A DNA stretch of 64,000 nucleotides from Yuukianura sp. NJ FZ-2021 (GCA_046563655.1 CM102289.1:7812001-7876000), one strand, 5' to 3'; counted from the first letter of the stretch, positions 32,412-47,400 are shown. The notes: generated from the letters alone by a model not told the origin. Translations and numbers: made by a program.

Positions 32412-35400
32412 TCAAATGCTGGAAGAGGTGGATGACCCCTCCCCATTCAACTGCCGTAAGTAAGCATTCACTTGACCAGCAGAGTGAATCCCTTGACTCT
32501 CCAAGTCCTTCCAGAAATTGTAGTTGAAGTTCAAGTGCTCACTCACTTCTGGAAGATCCAAGAAAGCTAGACAAATGAAAACAAGGTTTTACTATTTAAA
32601 GTAAAGTTAGGTTAAAGTTTAAATTAGGCTAACCAATGTTAGGTTAGGATAGACAAACAATGTTTCGTTTCACTTACTATCCCAAGCATCAAACATGTCT
32701 GCCACAAAGTAGTCTACAAAACCCGTCTGAGACTTTGGGATTGAACAAGTTTCGCGTTCAAACATTGGCATCACCGGTGGAAGTCCTCGAGCAATTTCTT
32801 CTTCTGTTTGTCGAAAGTACTCTTCTGCAATCCGATTGGCCCAGGCGATACAGAGCTAAACAAAATTTAAGTTTCAGTTTACTTTTCTATTTAATTATAC
32901 AAATATTTTAGTAAATTATAGAATGATTCAGCTTAATAGGGAGTTTGTGTTTCAAATATTAGTTATAGAATTTATAGAAAGTATAGAATTTAGCAATTAT
33001 CCCGCCTCGTTTCACCGCGTGCCACCCGTTTTGTTACGGCTCTCGCGATTTCAAATCTTTGACGTTCAAATAAAATTTGGAAATTCGAAAAGTTTGAAAA
33101 GTGACGTCACTACCCGCAGTAAATTCTATAAGTTTCTATAAATTCTATAAATGATTTATAACGCAAACTGCCTAATACCTTCAGTGGACGCGTAGGGTTA
33201 GCCACGTCAGCACATTTGATGAGCATGCGCTTGATGAGAATGATGTTGTCAGGAGTGACTAAAGTTGAAATGTCAGGTTCCGTTGGTGTCACTACTGGAG
33301 ACGGATTGACGTCAGTGCTGAGACTCGTTTGATGCAAAATCGTGGCTGTCTGAGTCGATTCTGACAGCATGAGTTCATCTTTTTTCTGGAGCGGTTTAGT
33401 AAAGACGTTGATAAATTTGGACAAGTGCTCAAAGTGCTTGGTCATCTCAGTGGCCAGAACCATGTCAATGATGCTCTTGCGAACGGCTTTGTACGTATCA
33501 GTGTCTAAATTTTTAAAAATGTTGACCCGTGGGTCACTCAAGGTCAACTTGAATGCAAAAGCTGCATGATGAGATTCCAATATTGACAAGTCATTGTAGA
33601 GAAGAGAAAGTTCGTTTCCCGTGTTTGTCAAGTAGTGACTACAAAAAAAAATCAAATGTCAGTTTTATTCAAAATTGAACCTTCACCTTTCAGTTTTCAA
33701 ATATTTTTGATTTTAAAACACTTTTGGAAAGCTGAAAGTTTGAAAACCGGAAAACCATTTTAAAAATGAAAACAGGAGAACATTTCAAAAATGCTTTCAA
33801 TCCAAAATGGGCTTTCGAAAAAGCTTTCACCAAAAATGGATTTCAAGAGCAAAGCGGTGCTTGAAATCCACCGATTTTTGTACAGCGTCATTGAAAAATT
33901 CTGGAGTTTGCTATCGCCGTGATGACTTTTACACCGGTTTAGAAATTTTGAAAAAGTTTTGCAAAAGTGAAAACATTTGACAACAGTTATTATCGTCAAT
34001 CGCGTTAAAATTTAGTAAACTAATGGAAAGAAGAAGTAAAAGCGGCGCAAATCAAAAAACTAAACATCGATGCATAAAAGTCAAAAATTGAAAATAAAAA
34101 TTATCTCAGAATTTAAAAATTAGAGTGATATTTACAATCCATTTGAAATTTGAAAAGCGTTAAAATGCCTCAAGTTCTTTTCCATTTCCCGCTCTTTCTC
34201 TCCGTTTCAAAAACACACCATTTGCTTCGAAAATAACACAAACAAACCAAATTTCAAAAATTTTATGCCAGAGAACAATATATCACCTTTCTCTACTCTT
34301 TCTCCTGAGAGAAAATAAACACACAAGACAAAACATATGCTCAAAGCAGAAGCATTTGAAGTTATGGATGTACTAGAAACGTTTTTTTTAAACAGCCGAA
34401 AGTGTTAAATACGCTTCGCCTCAAGAATAGTTTTTTGAAAGAAAGCTTTCCAACCACCCCACCGCCACCGCTATGATTGTTTCTGAGCAAAAGTTTGTTT
34501 GAAAAGTTTTGGTAACAACGGACAGGAAGGCTGGTTTGGGAGAATGTTTACCTAGTTTTGCCAGGATGGTCGACGTCATGGACGATGGCTGCAATGAGGC
34601 TGATGACCTCATCGAGTGGTTCCAGAAATGTCTTGAGTCTCTCTGTTGACATAAAGTAAGCTGTGGCCTGAAAAGAGACAAAAAACAGAGACTCAGTACG
34701 GGTAACTTCAGAACTTTTAGACAAAAGTTGACTCTGATGGACCAGGAGCGTAAAAAGTAAATGTACAGAGTGGCCCAAAATGTTTGGGCAACTTTTGTAG
34801 GAAATAAAAATTCATTAGTAACCAAAACATTTTTCGGTTTTTTTTTGAAATGTTGGTGGACCGCTGTGTACATGCAAGGTTTCGGGGCGTGATGCTTCCC
34901 GGGAGTCCAAGGCTTTAGTACCTTGTTGACTCTTCTGAAAAAGCCTTTACCACTCACTCCCCCCTCCTCCTCCTCCCTCCTCCTCCTCCTCCTCCCCACC
35001 CCTCCTCATTAAGTAATGACAAGCGAGGGGGCTTAACTTTCTCTGTCTAAGCAGACAGTGAAAGCATCTTCGTCCTACGGCTTCCCGGAACCACTTCACT
35101 TTAACAGAGTAAAGTACACACAAGACTCAATTGACAAACTTGACTTTTAAGATTCACTTTTTGAAAATTACTTCTATTTTTTTCAAAATCCTTTTTATGA
35201 AAAATTGAAGCCTCTTAAGCCGCTTTTCACATTATGGTGTAAGTCTCATAAAGTTTAGTTTGGCCTAAGGTGAAACAGTAACGGCTTGGCCAAAAAACTG
35301 ATGTCGCAGGCGCCGGAAATTCGCTAGGAATTTTTACTTAAGACATAAGAGACGGTTTGATGTGTCTCAAATTTCCAATTACGTAAACTTTAATGCTTAA

Positions 35401-38400
35401 AGTCAACTTTACCTTCATAAGATATAGCTTTAATTATTTTGAACACTACTCCTCATGTTCACATTTACTTTGATGTTTGTACTGAAACATTGTCACAAGA
35501 ATTTGAACTCAAAAGTGCATTAAAGTTTACATTACTGAAACTTAAGTCTAGATGAAACAAAAAAAAAGTGTGCTACACATTACTGAATTACTGTGTGCAG
35601 CACAATTTCATAAAAAGTTGTACAAAAAACTACAAAAGTGAAACAAAAAAAGTGCTAAAGAAACAAAAACTTTTGTTGTGAATTTCATTTTCAGCGAGTA
35701 ATTGAAACCCGCAGAGAAAGTCCGGATTTCAAAACTATTCTTGTCAAATACGGTAAAAACTGAAAAAAGTTTGGCGGGAAAATGTTAACAATCCGGGGGC
35801 AAATTTAGGCAACTCGAAATTGTAAATTTGAATAAGATGTGGGCTTTTAAAGCTTCTCATTTTCGTAAATTCCCGCTCTTCATTGACTAATGATAACCGT
35901 CATTGTGGAAATGGAGAAAGCCATGGTGAAAGCCATTTTGAGAGCATTGTGTAGCAGATAGAGAACACACAATGAAAGTAACATTAATCAAGGAACCTAT
36001 TGTAATCGAAATCCATTCTCTCCTACCTTGAGGGTCAGAGTTCAACAATGAAATGAACTGAATCTGTAGTACTGCATCACATTAACCTACTATGTTAGTG
36101 TAGTCTAATCTTATATGCTGCCCATTGACAAGAACAGTACAAAATACTTTGTTAGAAGATTAGTGTTTTACAAATTCGTGAAAATGAGAATCTGTACAAG
36201 TTTTCATTTAAATTCAACCAAACTATTGTTAAAACCTTCTCAGAAAGGCTTAACAGCACGTTCCTGTTCTAAATAAAAGTTAATTAGAAAGTCGGTGGTT
36301 CTAGAGGCTCCTTACTAACTTTTACAAAAGATGGATTACTTTTCTACCATTCTCCTTCAATTTGACTTTCTCTCGTCTTCAACTTCTAAACTCCCGGGTA
36401 TTAATCCTCTTCCACCGCCTCAAGTTTCTCAGAAGTCGGAATAAATCCGAATTTCGGATGTGGGATCACAAAGGGCTAAACTCCCCTGGAGCTTATTGCA
36501 TCATCACGTTATGTCAGGTGAAAACCTAACTTAAACATAACCTAATGTTAACTTACTTGTAAAACGTCAGCGGCATGAGTAGAGTTGTGATATGCATTTG
36601 GCGAGTGGTAATTTGCTTCAATGAGGGTAAGCCAATTCCGTAATGTCGTTTCATCCGTGCCCAGCGTCTGAGCGACGCCGAATCGCGAAAAAATTGCCAT
36701 TCCAGTCCAGACGAGCGGTCTAAAAACAGAAGCACAATTTTTTAAATTAAAAATTAAAGCGTTAATTGAGTAATTAAAATTTGTTAAACTCTGTGAAACT
36801 TCGTAATTAAAAAAAGAATAATTTGTGTCTAAAATTTTGTGTTAAACTTAGTAGTTAAAATCGTGATTCCCAAAATGGTTACAAAAACAAAGTAATTCAA
36901 TTTGGACAAAAAATTGTTTCCGAAAATGAGTTTGTCCTTAATTTTAGAAGATTGCTTAGAAAAGTGAATTTGAAAATCTCACCGTTTTTCAGTAATTTCT
37001 TCTAATAGAATCACATCAAAGTCCCATCTTGCCTCAGTTTCTAGGAGACGCTGAAGTCGGCCCGGAGCTTCTACAAAATATCAAAGTTAAGTTTCTACCA
37101 AAAACAAAATCTCCAATTCTACTAAATGTTGAAAAACCAAATCTGTAACCAGCAAAATGGTAACTACAAAACTGTAAATCTTAATAAAAATAAAGAGAAT
37201 GGAAAAATAAAAAAAAGGAAAACTGAAATAGGAAAACTTGCTAAAACAAAGAAATTTTGGATTCCAAATTTGCCGGTACAGATTTGTATTTTCGAAATTG
37301 GATTTACAAAAATGTCCAACCAGTGAAACGGCGTGGAATTGTCGTACCAGCAATGTCAGGCAGAGATGGCCGTGGAGCTAAGCGTGAGGCCGTGTTCTCA
37401 TTAGACGAACGACGCACTGTTTGCAGAGACTTTGGCCCTTGCTGTTTTCAAACAAAAACAAACGAAAGTTCAACAAAATTTAATGAAATGATTTCTAAAT
37501 TAATCAAGCCAATAGAGAAATACACACAGCTAGAAATGGACAAGGAGAAGTTAGGGGTGAAGTGAAAGCCAAAATAGAAAAAAACAGCCTTTAAAAATGA
37601 AAAGTAGAAATGTCAAGCTTAATTTCAAAATTTCAGAAAATGACTTACAGAAAGTAGAGCCCCGAGGAGATCAGTAGTGAGGGGATCATCAGTTCGCGGT
37701 CGATTTCCTTCAAAAAACTGCGGAGAGTAGAGTTCCGTTGTCCGCAGAATTTCCAGAACTTTGTCCAGGGAATGAGCGATGTAGATGGGACAACTCTGTT
37801 GAGCTGCAGTGATGATGTTGATCACTTTTGTAATCGGAGCTTCAATTGTCAACGAGTGCAATTTGGCTAAAACGAAAACCACAAACGCTCAATTTCAAAA
37901 TTCTAAAGAAGACTTCATCGCTAGTACAAAAAAAAAGTTTCGGAAAATATAAGATTAATGGTCCTCTTTTCCATTTTTTTAATTTTTCCAACAGCCTTGG
38001 TGAAACTTTAAATCCTCCAAATTTATGCCAAGCGAAGTTCCCTTAAATTTTTTGGACAGTTTTTCGTTAATTTTGAAAATTTTGAAATAAATAACCTTAT
38101 GTTAAAGGGCGTGTAAGACCATAGGGGACAACCTTAATCAAAATTCCAGCCTTACGTTAGTACTTACCCAAACTTTGTCTCCGTAGAATTGAGCCTTCGT
38201 CATCAGCACCAAAGTTGGGCAATTCGGATGGGAAAAGTTCCGGCGGAGGATCATTTGGAGGTGGTCCAATTTGAGTTGAAGGGGATGAGGGTCATGTCAA
38301 GGAAAAAAGAGAAAGTAGGAAGCGGCAAGTATGAAAAGATTTAAGATTTTGAGGCAAAAGGAGGCATTAGAAAGAAGAGGTTTCGGGGGAATTAGGTTTT

Positions 38401-41400
38401 GGGTTAGACACATTACGGGCATGGGTAAAAGTTAGGACACGGAGAAAGTTTGGGTTAATGATAAAAAGAAACGGTGAAAAGAGGGAGAAAAAAGAGAACA
38501 AGAAAATTTCTCATGAGAATTTGCAGCAATAATTTCCGAAAATAAGAAGATATGAAAGAGATGTTTAAACGAGAGTGAAAGCCAAAGATCCATCTGTGTA
38601 CAGAGCGAATTTCGAAAAACCCAGTTCATTTTTTGCAAACTTTTAACTTTTTTTTTGAAAACTAACATTCTGGTCACGCTTGCGCTTTGTGCCAAGTTCG
38701 TCCCTGCACAATTATCTCTTAAGAGAGAAAAAAAATGAATTTTGCGGGAGTAAATTTTCAAAAAATCGCACAGTACATAATCCTTCATAGAAAAAAAACG
38801 GAAAAGTTTCTGTATTTTGTGAGCTTTTGGCTGGAAGTGAAAGTGAGACTTTGGATTTGTACCCGGAAGAACTCTTTGATCAAATCTGTTTGGAAAACTA
38901 ATTATTGGATGGCGTGAGGTGCGTGTAGGATCTTTGGCTTCTCACTTCTGCCTCTTCCACCTCCAGGAGGCGTCAGAGGTCAAAGGTCAAAGAACTAAAA
39001 GAAACAGGAGCTTACTGCTGTCATTGCTGATGGATTTGATGTCATAGGAGGCCTTGCGCAGGGATTTGAGACTTCCGCGAGGCATTGGATTGTAGCCACC
39101 ACCTCCAGCTGCCTCCGTCGTCGTGAGATCACTCGACAAACTTTTCTCTCGGTAAGCTGACGGAACTTCAGAGAGGTAGATGTAATGCGTCGTCCCACCG
39201 CCATCCGCCACCACTCTCCTAAATTAACCAAACTTCGGATTAGAATAAGTGCCAAACCGCAATTACCAAAAAGGCTACACGTCTCAATAAAGCCCATTCT
39301 CAAAAAGTTGTCAATTTGACTCAAATTCTGACAAAAGTTTATCCTCAAACTTGAAAACTGAGGTTTTGGAATTGACTGTTCCCCAGCAACATTTCAGTTT
39401 TGAATGACGTTAGAGCAACACGTTGCGAACTTTGCTTTAAAGGCGTCTAGCCAATTCAAAAATGTTCTATTCAAAAAACTTCAAAACACGACAAAACTCA
39501 GGCTTTGACTTTTTGAAAATGCTTTACATTTTTTTCGAAATTCAAAGTTATAAAAGTCAAAGTTGAAAATTGAGTTTTCAAAAAACACGAAGGAGTTTTT
39601 GGGACAAAGGAAACGGATGCAGATGAGGAAACGCTACGGAATCGCTGAAAATTTTATTTCCGTTTTTTACATTTATTTTTTTTAAATTGGGATTTGGAAA
39701 ATTCAGCGATTCAGAGCGGAAGTTTAAGCAAGAAAAACGGCTGTTTTGAATAGCTACGAAAAAATGAAAATTCTAAGGAAAAACGAAAAAAATGTATAAG
39801 ATCTTCTAATTTATCGGAAACGGTTTTACGACTTAGAAGGCAAATCGGAAATAGCAAAAACCGGAGTAACTAAGGAAAAGCATCATCTACAGTCAAACGG
39901 AGTCACCCAAGTATGACTTATTGGAAAGAAGTAATTCAATCGTTAAATCGTTTCAGGTCAAAATGCCATTTCGAAAAACTGGAAAAAGACATTTCAGAAA
40001 AAACTCAACCGTTCTTCCCATTCCAGTTTCAAAATTCAATCTAATTTGGCTTGGAGGGAAAGATTCATAGTGATGGTTTTGAAAATACAATTTTCAAATA
40101 TGATTTAACATTTCGAATAAATTGGAAATGTTCTAAATTGACAAAATCCTGGATCAACTATGATTCCAATCGCAGATTGTGCAAAATTGGGTAAACTGAT
40201 TTTCGAGAACTTAAAAATTTTGAGAAAATTTTCATAAATTTTTGAATGATTTTGTACAAACTTGGTTTTTTCTTGTTCTGACGTTGGTGGTGGAGGTTCC
40301 TGATCTGTTCGACTCGCTCTGCGAGCGAAATCGTGAAGCGTAGAGAATGGAAGAAGTCTTGAATTTAGAAAAAGCGGTTCGCCTGTCTTTTTGTTAAAAA
40401 TGTAATTGCCCTCCCACTGCCTTCCAGAAGTCAGTTCGTCCAGAATGTGGTCATGGAAGGTTTGGTGGGCCTTGGAAGGTGGTGGGGCTGACAAGGCAGA
40501 AGTGGCAGGAGTTTGAAGTGGGGCCAAAGCAGTTGTTGGAGACGTGCTGTCTTGAAGGTTGGTGGGTGGGTTTGTGCCGCCACCACCAGCAACAACATTT
40601 GATCGATTTGGATTATTATCACTTGTTGAAGGAACTGGAGACTGACGCGTAGCTGCCCAACTCTGTTCAATCCGATTTTGAATTTCTAAGAAATCCAGTC
40701 CTAGAAGCTCTTCGGAACTGAATCCAAGTAACTTCTCATAAGCACGATTTACAAACTGAAAAAAGAAAACGAAAATTTCAGATTCTTTTCTTGAAATCTA
40801 AAAATATTTTCCCGGAACAAAATTGGACATTCCACTTCCATCATTCAGATGTTTTGAGACAGCTTAGGGAATTATTTTCAGAACATTTTCAAACAGCTTT
40901 TGAAAACTTTTTTTTTTGGAAAATGCTAAACTTCATAACATTTGAGCGCATTTTCATTCTCATCCATGAATTCCCACAGTTATGTGTCTGATCTCGTGTT
41001 ACATCAAAGGAGAATAACCGTTTTTGAAGTTGAAATTTTATTAGGCTAATGCCACTAGGCAGAGGAGCTAAAGCTGGAACTTTTAAACGTCCATTTCAAT
41101 TTTGTTGCCAAAAGAAGACGGATTTTGAAAAACGGGCATAAGCTTTATTCACCTCAACGATTTTTTAGCCTTGCTTTCTTATAGAAATGCGCTGGGAATG
41201 AATCGAACGTTCTTAGACTAAATTGAATTACTTTATTGAGAAATTCCAACTGAACTTTTTTTTTCATTTCTATTTGTTCGGTTTCCAATATAAAAGAAAA
41301 AATGGACTCGATCTTTGCTAACAAAAGAAAAAGAAATCGATTTCTTATGATTAACCGTTTTCCAATTTCTAACAAATAGAGTGAAGCCCTAACTTAAAAA

Positions 41401-44400
41401 GAAAGTTGTTTTTCAAATTGAGGGCCAAATTTAAGAAATCACGGGGGTGCGGTCACCTAAAAAATTGAAAGCTATAGAGGCAGAAGATCTTCTATCACTG
41501 ATTGCTCGGATGTCAAAATAAATTGGATCCTACGAAGATAATAAAATTCACTAGAAAAGTGACTTTGGCGGGAACACTGAACTTCTGAACTTTAGAACCC
41601 CCCATGTCCGGCCCAATTTACTTTTTGACCTCTCCAAAATTGACTCCCAGCGTCTCAATCTTGACACTTTAATTCCAAAGTGTTTGAGAGCGAAGCGTGT
41701 CGTAGAAAAAAGAAAAAGCCGGACAATCCGACAAGTCAGACTTTTAGAAAGGCTTTACCTGGATTCTGTTGTGGGAGTCTGTGATTTGGATGAGGTCACG
41801 ACAATGGTCGAGAGCAGTGATGAGAGCTTCCGTCGATCCCAATTTGTAGGCTGAGTCAACGACTTTCTCCAGTTGAGTAAATTCGTAGATCCAGTAGACG
41901 CTGGACGTAATCCCCTGGTCCACTTCCACCTACAAAATCATAAGTTCAAAAAAATGAAAAAGTTCAAAAGGAGCATGACATTTGACCTGCCCACAAATTG
42001 AGCAAAAAAAAAACGCTCCAATCAAAACCTAATTTAGACTCTTCTGACCTAAAGCACAGACGTTGTTAAAAAAAAATACTTTCTATTTTATCCAACTTTC
42101 ACCATTGTTTTTTCTTTCAAAAAACTGCACAATTTCTCTAATACTTTAACTTTTAGGTATCTTAAACGAGGTTTTAATGAAAATATATACATTAGGTTTA
42201 TAAAGTTTAGCATTGAATAAGAGAAACTCACCCTGTCAATTCCAGCTTCAAGAAGAAGACTTATCATGTCAGCCTTGTCAAAGAAACTGAAATTGCGTAG
42301 ACAAAAGATATCCAAATTAGAATCCGAATTTGAATTGGAAAGAACAAAAGACTGGATTTCTCATTAAGTTTTCCCCACTAAAACTACACTTGACGCTGCA
42401 CATTGTAGGAACAAAAGAGAAAGCTTTAGAGAAAGCCTCAATCTTCTCAAATTTAAACACACTTTCTCTTGTGTACGTTTTTCTAACCCTGTTTAGAACA
42501 GAGGAGGATTTTCTAAACAAATGGTAAAGGCCCCTTGGCCCTGTTTCCAATTTCTTAAATTGGTTCTTCCACTTACACTTTTTGAGCCCAAAGTGTTGCT
42601 TTTTGTGTAAAGTGTAAGTGTTACTGTTTAGAAAAGTAGAACCTGAAGTAGGATTTTCTGTTTAGAAAATGTAAAACATGGAATAAGGTAGAGTTCGGAA
42701 AGAAATGCTAGCTAAATGTAAAAGGTTGTTTAGAAAAACGAAAGTCATCGTTGTAACCATTTCCAAATAGCTTTTTAATGAAACTTTGTTGTTTGAAATT
42801 TGGAACTTTATGCAACGTGTTTGTGTTTCCGATGGCTTGTTTTAAAAAGGAAACATCTAATTTGTACATTAGCTTATGACATGTACTGGGTAAAAGTTTG
42901 TTTTAAAAAGTTAGAAAAATGGAAACTACTATGCGTGTCTTACCACTTGCGTACAAAAGCAACCACAGTCAAAATGGCTCTCTCCGACTTCAAAGTCCTG
43001 GAAAAGTAAATTATACGCTCAGATGCATTCATACTTTTTCTTTTCCAAAAATTCAACTTTTCCTTCGTAATTTTTTCTTCTTTTTTGAAATGTTTTCCGC
43101 ACAATATGTTTCTAATTTAATGAGCTAGTTGTTGCACAAAACCTTAAAGAAATTTTCCTTTTAAACTCTCTTTTCAATGCTGAAATTTTGAGTTCACTTT
43201 CTTAGCGTTAAAATTATTGAAACGACTAATTTTTTCTAAGGCTCAAAAAATTTGAGCAAGTTTTTTGAAAATGCAGCAAAGTTCCAGACAGAACTTGAAC
43301 AAAAACAGGAACACAAAGAAGTTTGGTATAATTTTTTTCAAAATATGGAAAATGTCAGTGAAAGTCAGAGATTGATCTGTTACATAAAGCAGGAAATTAA
43401 AATTTTCGACTTTTCAAAAAAAGTTGAATCCAAAATTCTACCGCAGTTTTTCCAGCTTGTCTTTTAAGTTTAAGAGAAAGTTGAACTATCAAGTTAAAAA
43501 TTTTCGTTTTTAGCAATATTGAGCGGTTAGAGTTGGTTACCCACGTAGTTGGTGGGTTTTGGTGGTTTTAGAATTGAATTTATGTACTACCTGATAATGT
43601 CGAGGCTCTGGGTAGGGAGGGTTTTGATTTGGCGGTAGTCCAGAACCAGGATATCCAAGGGTGATAATGGAGTGAAGTGTGTCAGTTCATCCATCAGAGG
43701 CTTCCAAGACATACTTCCTGGATTGGGAGACTCTGCTGAAGTACCCGGATGCGGAGAACTAGATGAGGTAGGAGGGTTGGATGCTGTGATACAGTTGGAA
43801 CAATTGTTTCCACAACACTTGATCCAAGAGAAACGCCATTTCAACTTATGAACAACATTCTGGATACAGGACAAGAGGCTGTCTTCCTTCGAAAAGGCTG
43901 CAACCACCTACAATCACAAAATTTGCACCAATTAGTCAAAATTTCAAAAAATTTGCAACTACAAATGTGTTTTCTTTTACTGTTGAAGCTAACAAACTTA
44001 AATCAACTTCAAAGTCAACCTTGGACCAAAACATTTTAAAAGCAACCGTCAGTTAATATTATTCCGGCGTCAGCTCCAGCACATGCTGCGGAATGCACAA
44101 GCGTCCTGACGCATAATCGTGCAGTGAGAATTTGTGTTGAAAGTTTTACAAATTCTGAACTTAAATTTTTTCCCAGAGGAGTTGACTATGATTTGCGTTC
44201 CTGCGGGAGTAACTATATCAGCGCCTGTGCAATATTTCCTCCTACGTTTCTACCAGTATTCTATGAATATTGTAAATTGAAGTGTACAATTCCCGTTCTA
44301 AAAGTGGATGAAATCTTGTTAATTTTGACTGTTTATTGAAGGTTTCTGGTTGGTTGAATCCCACTTCTGGTGGGTCTTCCGTGTTCATAAGGGACAAGAG

Positions 44401-47400
44401 ACTCTCATCTCCATTGACGTCATTCTCATCTACTTCTCCCTCTTCTCAATCAAATCTTCTTGATGAGACTCTCAGGCAACGCATTAATGGGAAAGTCAAC
44501 TTAGCCAAATTCAGGCTAAAACTGTAGTGAGCTAGGCTCACTACAAATTCTACAAACTTTTGCTCGTAGAAAAGCTAGAAATTTTGTTTCTACAGAGTAA
44601 AACTGAAGATTTCAGGTTTCTTAGGCGCGGAAACCTTAAATTTGTAAGTTTTAAATTTCCTAAGGTCAAAAGGTTATCAGATCCACTTTTTTATCTTTTT
44701 TTATAACTCCAAGATTCGGCTAGGAGCAAAATAGAAAAACTTTAATTTAAATATTGAAATTCCAAACAAAAAAAGTGAGGTTTGCTCTAATGAAATTTTT
44801 TAGAACTTCAAAGTGATTTAAAAAGTGTAAATACCTAAGCGCGGGAAAATTAAAACTGAAAGTCAAATGACTACAAAAATTTTCCGCCACTGAAACCTAA
44901 ATAGCAGAAACAACAAAAATGGCAGCATATGGCTTTAAGCGTGCTACGTACTTTGAATTATAGGTGAATAGAAAACACTTCCTGGCAAACAAAAAACTTT
45001 GGCGACAGGATGAGAAAAAGTTTTGAAAACTTTAGGTTTAGGCTTTTCGAACTAAAACTTTTGCTTAAACTTTTCATTTTGAAAAAAAATGCGCGCAAAA
45101 CTCTAAAGACCGAGGCTTACATAGCAATGTCATTCATCACGTGCATAATACGGCTAAATGGATTCCCGATTTTTCCGTAAATATGTCTCAGAAATGTGCT
45201 TCATTTTGAACTATTTTTGGCATAAATATTGTTAGAAAAGTGAATTTTCAAATTTCAATCAAAATTTCGATTTTGCGACACACAAATTACATTTCCCGCT
45301 AGCGTTCTATGTATATTGGTTAGAATTGAGTTGAATACTTACTTTGAGTTGTCTCGGTCTGTAGATGGACACTGGACCCATGTGAATCAGCGTTTCTTCT
45401 CCGGACAAAGACACTTGTCGATCCTGTCCAAAAAAATTGAGGAATGAAATTGAGTTTCCAAATTTGTGCAAAATGGAGCTCCAATTTTCCCCACTTTTCA
45501 CCATTTCAAATACGAAAATACTGATGCTCAAACAAATTGAAAACTGACTGCACGTTACCCAGTTACGAGCAGAACAAGACTCTTGTGATCTGTAGCTCCT
45601 TGTTCTTTGGAATATTCTCTTTCCTTGTTTAGTGATGCACATCGTCTCACTTTCAAACCAAATTTACTCAACTACGAAGTAAACCTTATTTACTCAAGGT
45701 ACTGCAAAGACTGATTGGAATTGTTAAGTGCTCATTGGGAGGCATACGACTAGCCTATTTACGCAAATAATTTGCAAAATATAGTTTGGTGGACACGTCA
45801 CAAAGTGGAGCACCACATTGTCTACACAAAATCAAAGACTAGACTGACCTTCAACTCAAATCCTATGACTTCGTCTTACAAACTGAAACTGTTTCATGTG
45901 GCTTGAGTTTTCCACTTCTAAAATTATTGTGAAAGTTTTCACCACGAAAAGTGTTACATATTTAAACGAAAAAGCCGCGACCTGTTTTTTATTTCAAACG
46001 CAAACCAGGAAAAAATGTGGTTTCAAAATATGACTAAAAATGCGGCAGAACAAACAAGATGAGTGTGTCGTGTGACATTGACGCTTCCCGATGCGTCATT
46101 TTGTGTTATTGCCCTGTCAAAAAATTGTCGTATGTTGAGAAATTGCTTGTCGCAAAAATGTCGCAAAATGTCCTGTCAACTTTCTTACAAAACAGAACCC
46201 ATCTGCCTGTCATATTAATGTTGTCACTTTCACAAATTTCAGTTTTTCAAAAAAACTCTGTGTAAAAAAATTTTCTAACTGTAACTGTATCTTACCGCTG
46301 CATGTCTTGTGTTATGAAAGATTGTTTTCAAAAACATATAGTTCTCAAAATTTTTGGTTTTTTTGTGAAAAAAAAAGTGTGAGTGAGTTTACCTTGTCTG
46401 TCATGGTGAGAGATCGTTTGGCGTTTCCGAATTGTACAGAAGGAGTCTGCGACACTTTACGACAATTTGACGTCGTCTCTGGATTCTGTTGTTGTTGATC
46501 TGCTGCCTTTTCACCTGAAAAGTAACAAGAATCAACTTAAAAATCATAATTTTTGTTCAACTTCAGATTTGCAACCAAAGTTAACGAAGAAGTTGGCTAA
46601 CTGAGTGGGAAATTGTAAATAAATTGGTGTTAATCTGCGGTTAGTTGCCTCAATTGCTACTCCAATACACTAAATAGTTCAAGTACTTTGTATACGTCAA
46701 CATCCTCTGCCAAAATGAAAAGTGTGTGTAGACTAACACCAATTTGACAAATGTACTCAACACCGCAATCAATTCACCAACCATAACCACCCAAAAGTTC
46801 ATTTATGTATGCCTAAACGCCGTTCCTTGTTTTTTAAATTTAGCGGTCGGGATTTTTTTTTTAGATAAGCAAAATCTCCAACACGAAACGTAAGCCACAC
46901 GCAGAAACTTTTCTAATAATTTTAGCATTTCGAATTTGTAAACTTGAAAACAAAAATTCAATTGTAATGGCTAACTTAAACAAGATCATACCAGTATGGT
47001 GGTGGTGGTGGTTTAACATCGATTTTTGAACATGACAAAATTGCGAAAGTGACAAATGACGAAATGGCGAAAATGACGAAATGGAATGACCTGCTGGAAA
47101 ATTCGAATTTCGTTTTGAAGTAGCTTGACCACACAAAATCTGGGTCAGAGCTCACAAGGTCAATCACAAAAGAAAATATGACTACTTTTTTTTATTTTAT
47201 AGAAGTGATTGAAATCATGTGCTTTGCATTTTGAAGTGTTTGATTTCGAGATTGTTTATATTTTGAGTAAAGAGTGCGTGGGCGCTTTACAGAGTATGTT
47301 TCCATAACAATTTCCCAGATCATAAATAATACTTAAGAATGAAGTTTTCTTTCTGCTTAGTTGGTGGTGGTGGAGCCATGGATGATTTTACGTAGGAGAA

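Noticed and set aside
34552..34580. PDE signature reads [10 protein letters not shown] rather than HDxxHPGxxN
   Set aside because: The metal-binding His/Asp residues are intact and, from recall, a similar substitution occurs in insect PDE8; not evidence of inactivation.
34421..34999. 192-aa ORF starting [10 protein letters not shown]
   Set aside because: Artefact of the CCT microsatellite; it overlaps a PDE8 exon in a different frame.
41377..41740. GC-richer intronic block that may be a non-autonomous mobile element
   Set aside because: No termini, target-site duplication or second copy could be identified within the window.
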